Source: Clostridiales bacterium (GTDB taxonomy: Bacteria; Bacillota; Clostridia; Oscillospirales; Oscillospiraceae). Taken from it: DNA of 39,129 bases. The stretch is taken from contig DQDL01000118.1 of NCBI GenBank assembly GCA_003533405.1, positions 12,251-51,379 on the forward strand. The letters are read 5' to 3'. The position numbers were made by a program, and so were the translations under genes. This document shows, one piece after another, positions 32,260-39,129 of the stretch. The notes under the pieces were generated by a model. The model saw nothing but the letters and a program-made list of their open reading frames with translations. It was not told the origin of the DNA and searched no databases. Position 1 is the first letter of the stretch, and each line of letters starts with the position of its first letter.

Positions 32260-33482
32260 TTTATCATCTCCATGATAGCGTTAACCGTGTCGTTAATATC
32301 GCCGTTGTTGTCGGCTTTTATATCCGCAAACCGATCGTAGAGCGGAAGTCTTGCGGCGTAAAGCTCGTTTAGGTCGGAGCTGAGTGAAATGGGTCTGCCG
32401 TCACGGGCAAGCTTATTCGTGTCACGCTCTATCCACACGATGACGCCGTTTTGGTGCAGAAGCTCATAGTTTTCCGCAACGGTGACAACGCCGCCGCCGG
32501 TAGAGATTATATTGCCGCTGAGCTTGCCGACCTCGGCGGTGGCCTCGGTCTCGAGCCTGCGGAAGCCCGCTTCGCCTTGGGCTGCGAAAATTTCGGGAAT
32601 GGTCATGCCCGCATTTTCGGCGACCATCGTGTCCGTGTCAAATATCTTTCTGCCGAGCTTTTCGGCGAGCATGGTCGAGACGGTGGTCTTGCCGCTGCCG
32701 GGCATGCCGATGATGACGATGTTCTGCATCTGATGCGACAGAACACGCTCAATGCGGTCTATCTCGCTGTCGGGGATGCTCTTTCCCGTGAACAGCTCGC
32801 AGCTGCGCTTTGCCTGCGAAACGAGCATATACAGGCCGCCTGCGCAGGGTATGCCGAGCCGCTCCGCCTGCAAAAGCAGGGCAGTTCGTGCGGGGTTATA
32901 GACTACATCGAGCACGCCGCTGAGCTTGGGAAACTGCGTAAGATCAACGGCGGCTTTGCCATTGTTGGGGTACATGCCCACGGGCGTGGTGTTTGCGATT
33001 ATTTCGGTATCGGCGTGCTTTGCAATGTTCTCGTAATTGTCCTCGCCCTTTCGGGAGATGACAACGACCTCGCTTGCACCGAGATTTTTCAGCACCGCCT
33101 GAGCCGTGACGGAAGCACCGCCCGTGCCGAGAACGAGCGCCTTTTTGCCCTTTACCTCAATGCCGTTGTGCACAATGAGGTTTTCAAAGCCGAAAGCGTC
33201 GGTGTTATCGCCGTAGAGACTTCCGTCGGAGCGGCGGACTATAGTGTTCACGCTGCCTATCTGCGCCGCCGTCGGCGACAGCTCTGTGCAGTAGGGCATG
33301 ACCGCTTTTTTGTACGGTATCGTGACATTCAGCCCGTCAAATTCGCCGCTTTTGAGGAACGCCTCAAGCTCCTCGGGCGATTTTTCAAACAGCTCGTACT
33401 CATAATCGGCCAGCATGGAATGTATCTGCGGCGAATAGCTGTGGCCGAGCTTTTCGCCGAGTAACCCGCACTTTAGCATCAT
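32256..33482 (-). CDS. Bifunctional shikimate dehydrogenase / shikimate kinase (AroE-AroK fusion)
   Basis: The N-terminal ~270 aa carry GHSYSPQIHS, NVTIPYK and GTGGAS (AroE). The C-terminal ~140 aa carry IIGMPGSGKTTV, DTD and GGG (AroK). Confidence 0.88.
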   Translation of the reverse strand: MMLKCGLLGEKLGHSYSPQIHSMLADYEYELFEKSPEELEAFLKSGEFDGLNVTIPYKKAVMPYCTELSPTAAQIGSVNTIVRRSDGSLYGDNTDAFGFENLIVHNGIEVKGKKALVLGTGGASVTAQAVLKNLGASEVVVISRKGEDNYENIAKHADTEIIANTTPVGMYPNNGKAAVDLTQFPKLSGVLDVVYNPARTALLLQAERLGIPCAGGLYMLVSQAKRSCELFTGKSIPDSEIDRIERVLSHQMQNIVIIGMPGSGKTTVSTMLAEKLGRKIFDTDTMVAENAGMTIPEIFAAQGEAGFRRLETEATAEVGKLSGNIISTGGGVVTVAENYELLHQNGVIVWIERDTNKLARDGRPISLSSDLNELYAARLPLYDRFADIKADNNGDINDTVNAIMEMIK

Positions 33483-34621
33483 ATCACCTCACTGTAGCTT
33501 CCCAGATACTCGAACTGTTCGCAAATGTCCTGAATTTCGCCCATGAGCTGAACGAAGTTGGGCGAATAGACGGGGACATCGAGGTCAAAGTAGAACATGA
33601 ACTCGAAGTCACGGTCGGGCAGGGGACGGCTTTCAAGCTTGTTGAGATTGATTCCGAGAGCGTAAAATCTCGACAGCGCCTTGTACAGCGAGCCGGGGGT
33701 GTGCGGCAGCACCATCATGAGGCTGGTGCGGTTTGCGCCCGGGTAAATTTCAAGGTTCTTGGAAATGCAGATGAAGCGGGTGTAGTTATTGCCCTTGTCC
33801 TGAACGGACGAGGCAAGGCACTCAAGACCGTAGAGCTTGACACAGGAGAAGCTGGAGATGGCGGCGATATCGTGCCTGCCGGACTCGGCGACCATGCGTG
33901 CTGCCTCGGCGGTGTTCTCGCAGGCAATGACCTTAACGCCGGTAAGCGACTGAAGATATGCGCTGCACTGGCTTATGGCCTGCTCGTGGGAGTAGATTTC
34001 CTTAATGTCGGAAAGCTTAGTGCCTGGGAGGGCGAGCAGGTTGTGGTCTATCTTGATGCGCACACTCTTTATGATGCTGAAGCGGTGCTTCATCATGAGG
34101 TCGTACACCTTGTTGACCGAGCCTGCGGTGCTGTTTTCAAGGGGGATAACGCCGTAGCGGCACAGCCCCTTTTCTATGGCGGTGAACACGGCCTCAAAGT
34201 TCTTGAAATAGAAAATGTTCGGATTGGTGAATACCTTGTCGCAGGCAAGCTGCGAATATGCGCCCTCAACGCCCTGACAGGCGACCAAGGGTGCGTTCGG
34301 CAAAAGCTGCGGCGTGTTCTTGATGGCGCTTTCTATCTCGTCGCAGATAGCCGAATGCGTGCCCAAAAGTCTGTTTTGTCTGCTGCGGCTGAGCTCGAAA
34401 ATGAGCGAATACAGCGAAAAGCCGTACTCCTTGAGGTCGTCGGGTAGCTTTGCGGAAATGTCGGCAAGCTTTTTGCGCTCCCTTGCAGAGTCGTAAACGT
34501 TCATTGCGTTTTCTCTTTTATACTCTGCGACCTCGGCGGCAAGCTCCATGCGCTTGGCAAAAAGCTTGGTCAGCTCGTCGTCAACTGCGTCTATCTCGGT
34601 TCTTATCTCGTCAAGATTCAT
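33479..34621 (-). CDS. pheA: Bifunctional chorismate mutase / prephenate dehydratase
   Basis: N-terminal CM_2 helix (IRTEIDAVDDELTKLFAKRMELA), PDT domain (GAYSQLA, ENSTAGSV) and C-terminal ACT (ESRP). Confidence 0.88.
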   Translation of the reverse strand: MNLDEIRTEIDAVDDELTKLFAKRMELAAEVAEYKRENAMNVYDSARERKKLADISAKLPDDLKEYGFSLYSLIFELSRSRQNRLLGTHSAICDEIESAIKNTPQLLPNAPLVACQGVEGAYSQLACDKVFTNPNIFYFKNFEAVFTAIEKGLCRYGVIPLENSTAGSVNKVYDLMMKHRFSIIKSVRIKIDHNLLALPGTKLSDIKEIYSHEQAISQCSAYLQSLTGVKVIACENTAEAARMVAESGRHDIAAISSFSCVKLYGLECLASSVQDKGNNYTRFICISKNLEIYPGANRTSLMMVLPHTPGSLYKALSRFYALGINLNKLESRPLPDRDFEFMFYFDLDVPVYSPNFVQLMGEIQDICEQFEYLGSYSEVI

Positions 34622-35685
34622 TTTGCGTCCTTTCTCTTTTCAAGCAATGCGTTGTAAACTGCGATGGCGGCCGCTGCCTCGATGCACGGCACGGCTCTCG
34701 GCACGATGCAGGGGTCATGTCTGCCGTGCACGGTGAGCTTCGTGTTCTCCATCGTGCGCAGGTCAACGGTGTCCTGCTCGATGGCGATAGACGGCGTGGG
34801 CTTCACGACCGCTCTGAACACGATGGGCATGCCCGTTGTTATACCGCCGAGGATGCCGCCGCAGTTGTTGGTTTTTGTGATTATCCTGCCGTTTTCCACG
34901 GCGAAGGGGTCGTTGTTTTCGCTGCCGAGCATTTTTGCTGCGCCGAAGCCTGCGCCAAACTCGATGCCCTTAACAGCCGGTATGCCGAATACCAGCGAGG
35001 AAATGCGGTTTTCCATGCCACCGAAGACTGGGTCGCCGATACCGGCGGGGCAGCCTGATACCGCACATTCGATAACGCCGCCGACGGAGTCGCCTTTTTC
35101 TTTGGCACTCAGAATTGCGGCCTTCATTTTTTCGCCGCACTCGTCGTTGACAACGGGGAAGGGCTTGTCGGCAGTGGCGCAAATTTCGCCCTCATCGGCA
35201 ATGCCGCCGAGCTCGGCAATACGGGTCACGACGCTGATGCCCTCGGCACGGAGCAATTGCAGGCACAGGCCGCCGACTATGCAAAGCGGTGCGGTGAGGC
35301 GACCGGAAAAATGTCCGCCGCCGGTGTAATCCTGCGAGTTGTTGTATCTTTCGCCGGCAGTGAAGTCGGCGTGCCCCGGGCGGGGCTTATATTTAAGCTC
35401 GGAGTAGTCGCCCGAGCGGGTGTTCGTGTTTTTAATTATCGCCGTGAGCGGAGTTCCGCAGAGTCTGCCGTCAAACAGACCCGAGATAAACTCGGGAGCA
35501 TCGGCCTCGCTTCTCGGGGTCGAAAATTCGCTGCGGCCGGGGGCTCTGCGCTGCATAAATCGTGCAAGCTCGCTCATATCCGGCTCAAAACCGGCGGGCA
35601 GTCCCTCAACCGTCACGCCGATGGCGGGGGAGTGCGACTGACCGAAGATGGTGAATCTGATATTTCCGTTAAAGCTGCTGCTCAT
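34618..35685 (-). CDS. aroC: Chorismate synthase
   Basis: I prefer the start MSSSFNGNIRFTIFGQSHSPAIG at 35685 (ATGA overlap with the aroA stop); the track ORF extends to 35784. Motifs GRHDPC and GGISNG-like GGILGGIT. Confidence 0.9.
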   Translation of the reverse strand: MSSSFNGNIRFTIFGQSHSPAIGVTVEGLPAGFEPDMSELARFMQRRAPGRSEFSTPRSEADAPEFISGLFDGRLCGTPLTAIIKNTNTRSGDYSELKYKPRPGHADFTAGERYNNSQDYTGGGHFSGRLTAPLCIVGGLCLQLLRAEGISVVTRIAELGGIADEGEICATADKPFPVVNDECGEKMKAAILSAKEKGDSVGGVIECAVSGCPAGIGDPVFGGMENRISSLVFGIPAVKGIEFGAGFGAAKMLGSENNDPFAVENGRIITKTNNCGGILGGITTGMPIVFRAVVKPTPSIAIEQDTVDLRTMENTKLTVHGRHDPCIVPRAVPCIEAAAAIAVYNALLEKRKDAK

Positions 35686-36938
35686 TGTCCGCACTCCAAT
35701 CCGTTGAATTTTTCCCAAAACCGTGGGAACGATTTGTTCACGCACTCGCAGCCCGTGACCGTGACGGGTCCGGTGCAAATGCATGCCGCCACCGCTGCCG
35801 ACATGGCGATGCGGTGATCGTTAAAGCTGTCGATCGTGCCTCCGTGCAGCGGCCTTCCGCCGTGGACTATCAGCCCGTCGGGAAGCTCCTCAACGGAAGC
35901 GCCCAAGCTGCAAAGCAGGGTCGCCGTGGTCATGAGCCTGTCGGATTCCTTGAGCCTCACTCTGGCGGCGTTTATGATATGCGTGTCGCCCTCGGCTGCC
36001 GCCGCCACAACGGACACGACCGGCACGAGGTCGGGTATCTCGGAAGCGTCAACCGTGCAGGCGGTGAGCCTGCCCTTTTTGACGGTCACGCTGTCGCCGC
36101 TGACCGTGACATCTGCACCGAAAAGGCACAGAATGTCGATAATTTTCTTGTCGCCCTGACTTGTGTGCTCGGGAATGTTTTTCACCGTCACGCCCACATC
36201 GGACAAAGCGCCCATGCACAGGAAAAACGCCGCATTTGACAGGTCGCCCTCGACCGTGCAAGCCTCATTCAGGCGGTAGCGCTGATTGCCGGGTATGGTG
36301 TAGACATTACCATTTTTCGCAAACTCGATGCCCGACTGGCGCAGGGCGTTTTCCGTCATGGCGATGTATGCGCTTGATTCAAGCTTACCTGTGACGGTGA
36401 GTGCGCTGTCGGTGTCTAAAAGCGGAAGCGCAAACAGAAGCCCCGAGATAAACTGCGAGGACACATTGCCTGCTATCTCAAATTCTCCGCCCGTGAGCTT
36501 GCCGGAGCAGTGAAGCTCCGTGCCGATGCGCTCAAGCGTCATGCCGTGCTCATGCAGCACCTCGTCAAGCGGGCTGAGGGGGCGCTCGGACAGCCTGCCC
36601 TCCATTTTGAACACGACGCTTTCGCCCAATGCGCCGCACACGGGGATGAGAAAGCGCAGGGTCGAGCCGCTTTCACCGCAGTGCAGGGTCTTGACCCCTT
36701 TGCTCGGCTTTGCGCACGGCTCAACACGCAAAACACCCTCGTGAAGCTCCGTTACATCGGCACACAGCGTTTGCACGCAGCTTGCCGCAGCGGCAATGTC
36801 CTTGGATATATCGCCGCAGTCGAGCGTAACGCCGCTTGCGCCCAGTCCGGCGCAGATAAGAAGCCTTTGGGCGTGTGATTTTGAGCTGGGTGCGGAGGTC
36901 ACGCCGGAGCGCTGTCCGTTTTTGAGGGTGATGTTCAT
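35682..36938 (-). CDS. aroA: 3-phosphoshikimate 1-carboxyvinyltransferase (EPSP synthase)
   Basis: 418 aa. APSSKSHAQR, GESGSTLRF and DHRIAMS motifs. Confidence 0.92.
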   Translation of the reverse strand: MNITLKNGQRSGVTSAPSSKSHAQRLLICAGLGASGVTLDCGDISKDIAAAASCVQTLCADVTELHEGVLRVEPCAKPSKGVKTLHCGESGSTLRFLIPVCGALGESVVFKMEGRLSERPLSPLDEVLHEHGMTLERIGTELHCSGKLTGGEFEIAGNVSSQFISGLLFALPLLDTDSALTVTGKLESSAYIAMTENALRQSGIEFAKNGNVYTIPGNQRYRLNEACTVEGDLSNAAFFLCMGALSDVGVTVKNIPEHTSQGDKKIIDILCLFGADVTVSGDSVTVKKGRLTACTVDASEIPDLVPVVSVVAAAAEGDTHIINAARVRLKESDRLMTTATLLCSLGASVEELPDGLIVHGGRPLHGGTIDSFNDHRIAMSAAVAACICTGPVTVTGCECVNKSFPRFWEKFNGLECGQ

Positions 36939-36947
36939 ACTAACTCC

Positions 36948-37988
36948 TTAAAGCCAGTCCCGCAGAGCGTCAATGTCAACGCTCTCGATGCGGCACGAGC
37001 CTATCTTCTCCGGCACGATAAGATGCATTTTTCCGCCGGAAATTTTTTTGTCCGCCTTTGAGGCTTCAAGAAGCTCATCGGTCGTGAAGCTCGTCTCGGT
37101 CGGCAGGTCGTATTTTTTAAGTATATCTATAATTATATCACGCAAGCTTTCGCTGCAAAAGCCCTTGTCGGCTGCCGCTCGGACTATCATAGCCATGCCG
37201 ACTGCAACTGCGTCGCCGTGGTGCACGGCGTAGCCGCTGCATTTTTCAACGGCGTGACCGATGCTGTGACCGAGGTTCAGAAGCATCCTCGTGCCACGGT
37301 CAAACTCATCCTCGTTGACAATGCGGCTTTTTATTCTCACGCAGCTTGCTATGACCGCTTCCTCGTTCTGCTTTATGCCGCCGGAGAACACCGTGTCAAA
37401 CAGCTCGCCGCCGGCGAGAACGCCGTATTTTACTATCTCTGCGCAGCCGCAGCGGTAGTCGGCATCGGGCAGGGTCTTGAGCGTGTCAGGGTCGCAGAAA
37501 ACGGCAATGGGCTGATAAAAGCAGCCCGCCTGATTTTTGCCGGAGTTTAGGTTTATCGCAGTCTTGCCGCCGACGGAGGAGTCGACCGCCGCAAGCAGCG
37601 TTGTGGGTATCTGCACAAAGCTTATGCCCCGAAGATATGTTGCAGCGGCAAAGCCCGCAAGGTCGCCCGTTACGCCGCCGCCGAGGGCGACGAGTATATC
37701 CGAGCGGCTGACATGACTGTCGCACAGGAAGTTTAAAAGCTTACCGTATGTCTCAAGGCTCTTTGCCGGCTCGCCGCCTTGGTGGATAAAGTGCAGCACC
37801 TCAAAGCCTGCGCTTTTGAGCGTCTCCGTGACGGCTTCACCGTAGAGCGGGTAGGTGTTCGGACCGCTGACGATGACGGCCTTTGCGGGCTTAGTGAGCT
37901 TTGCCGTTTCTTCGCCGACACGAGCGATAAGCCCACGCTCGATGAGTACATTATAATCAGTTGAAGCGGAAACGGGGATGGATATCAT
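36948..37988 (-). CDS. aroB: 3-dehydroquinate synthase
   Basis: 346 aa. GGGVTGDLAGFAAATYLRGI, DSSVGGKT and LNLGHSIGHA motifs. Confidence 0.92.
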   Translation of the reverse strand: MISIPVSASTDYNVLIERGLIARVGEETAKLTKPAKAVIVSGPNTYPLYGEAVTETLKSAGFEVLHFIHQGGEPAKSLETYGKLLNFLCDSHVSRSDILVALGGGVTGDLAGFAAATYLRGISFVQIPTTLLAAVDSSVGGKTAINLNSGKNQAGCFYQPIAVFCDPDTLKTLPDADYRCGCAEIVKYGVLAGGELFDTVFSGGIKQNEEAVIASCVRIKSRIVNEDEFDRGTRMLLNLGHSIGHAVEKCSGYAVHHGDAVAVGMAMIVRAAADKGFCSESLRDIIIDILKKYDLPTETSFTTDELLEASKADKKISGGKMHLIVPEKIGSCRIESVDIDALRDWL

Positions 37989-38818
37989 CTGCCGTCGACC
38001 TCCTCCTTGCGCCGCCTGCCGTCGTCAAGAAGCTTTTCCAGCGTCTCGAAGTCGTCGTTTTTAACGGCGTCACGGTACTGCTCGAGTGCTGCAATGAACC
38101 AGTCGAGCTCGTTTAAAATGCAGTCACGGTTTTCCAAAAACAGCTCCGCCCAAAGCTTGGGGTTGAGCCATGCGACCCTCGTCAGATCCTTGTAGCTGCC
38201 TGCGGAAAAGCCCTTGTGAGCTGCCGCCGTAGGGCTTTTAATGTAGGCGTTCGATATGATGTGCGGCATCTGCGAGGTGAAGGCGATAAGCTCGTCGTGC
38301 TTTTCGGCGGTGGTCACGGAGATGCTGCCGAAGCCCACCGGCGCAAGCAGAGTCTTGACCCGGTCTAATAGCTCAATATCGTCAAAAGACGGCGGCACGA
38401 TCACCATGGGCGCATTGTGGAAAAGGTTTGCCCTTGCGTATTTGAAGCCCGACTTGTGCGTGCCCGCCATTGGGTGGCCGCCGATGTAGGTGAAGCCGTA
38501 TTCCTCGGCGATAGGGAAGCACATGGAGCAGATCTTGCGCTTTGTGCCGCATGCGTCGATGACGACGGGCTTTTTGCCGATGTGCGGAGCCATGCGTCTT
38601 AAAAATGCCTCGGCAGCCTCGGGGAACACGGCGATGATAACAAGATCGCAGCTCCCGATGTTCTCCTCGGTGAGTTCGCCGTCGACTGCACCGCTGAGCA
38701 TTGCAAATTTGAGCGTATCTTCCGTCCTGTTGCATGCGAGGACCGTTTCGCCCGCTTCGCGGTAGGCTTTCGCAAACGAGCCGCCTATAAGTCCCAGTCC
38801 AACTATTCCGACCGTCAT
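37985..38818 (-). CDS. tyrA: Prephenate dehydrogenase
   Basis: 277 aa. Rossmann [19 protein letters not shown] and SHxPH-like SQMPHIIS. Confidence 0.88.
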   Translation of the reverse strand: MTVGIVGLGLIGGSFAKAYREAGETVLACNRTEDTLKFAMLSGAVDGELTEENIGSCDLVIIAVFPEAAEAFLRRMAPHIGKKPVVIDACGTKRKICSMCFPIAEEYGFTYIGGHPMAGTHKSGFKYARANLFHNAPMVIVPPSFDDIELLDRVKTLLAPVGFGSISVTTAEKHDELIAFTSQMPHIISNAYIKSPTAAAHKGFSAGSYKDLTRVAWLNPKLWAELFLENRDCILNELDWFIAALEQYRDAVKNDDFETLEKLLDDGRRRKEEVDGR

Positions 38819-39129
38819 TTCGTCACGACCTCACGAATAGCGTTTACCGCCTTGGCAAGACTGTCGTACTCCTCGGGACGCAGCGACTGCGCACCGTCGC
38901 ACAGTGCGTGCATGGGGTCGTTGTGGACTTCAACTATAAGACCGTCGCAGCCGGCTGCAACGCCCGCCAGCGCCATGGGGCGTACAAGTCTTGCAACACC
39001 CGTTGCGTGGCTCGGATCAACGATGACCGGCAGATGGGTAAGCTCATGCAGCATGGGGACGACCGCAAGGTCGAGAGTGTTTCTCGTGTAGTCGTCGAAG
39101 GTGCGGATGCCCCGCTCGCAGAGGATGAC
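38815..39129 (-). CDS. aroF: 3-deoxy-7-phosphoheptulonate (DAHP) synthase, type I-beta; C-terminal part, with the 5' end outside the window
   Basis: The reading frame is open to the window edge: [44 protein letters not shown]...EVHNDP...DGAQSL, classic KDSA/AroF-type blocks. Confidence 0.88.
   Translation of the reverse strand, partial: VILCERGIRTFDDYTRNTLDLAVVPMLHELTHLPVIVDPSHATGVARLVRPMALAGVAAGCDGLIVEVHNDPMHALCDGAQSLRPEEYDSLAKAVNAIREVVTK

Noticed and set aside
35686-35784. 33-aa N-terminal extension of aroC (MHLHRTRHGHG...).
   Set aside because: It overlaps the 3' end of aroA. Conserved chorismate synthase sequence starts at MSSSFNGNIRFTIFGQSH, which forms an ATGA overlap with the aroA stop.

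Overview
This is a high-GC (roughly 55-60% by eye) Firmicutes/Clostridia-like chromosomal segment; that taxonomic guess rests on gene content, GGAGG-type RBSs and SipW/TasA/sortase B genes, and I ran no search. Core-metabolism blocks flank a ~20 kb accessory cell-surface region. Left block: the 3' end of tRNA-Leu(UAG), malQ, a YitT-like membrane protein, a minus-strand Crp/Fnr-headed NitT/TauT-type ABC importer operon, and a divergent hydCBA operon for a trimeric NuoE/NuoF-type [FeFe] hydrogenase. Accessory region, 10.0-30.6 kb: (a) a lipoprotein ORF fused in frame to the C-terminal half of a DegT-type aminotransferase. (b) A 1755-aa secreted SGNH-esterase/Ig-repeat protein, translationally coupled (ATGA) to an 84-aa four-Cys peptide. 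(c) A tightly overlapped cassette of membrane protein, HPrK-like P-loop protein, radical-SAM/SPASM enzyme and PqqD-like RRE protein, which looks like an uncharacterised RiPP-type maturation system. (d) A TM-less SipW-like peptidase on the opposite strand. (e) A six-gene sipW operon encoding three TasA/CalY-like proteins with SipW-type signal peptides, a 964-aa vWA adhesin-like protein and a GPKTG-sorted TasA-fold protein. (f) A ~1.4 kb AT-rich insert (small Q/Y-rich ORF plus a DUF2971-like ORF). (g) Sortase B. Right block: a nine-gene minus-strand aromatic amino acid operon (DAHP synthase, tyrA, aroB, aroA, aroC, pheA, aroE-aroK fusion, aroQ, aminotransferase). I saw no CRISPR arrays, rRNA genes, transposases or integrases. 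All functional calls come from motifs read in the supplied translations; no database search was possible.
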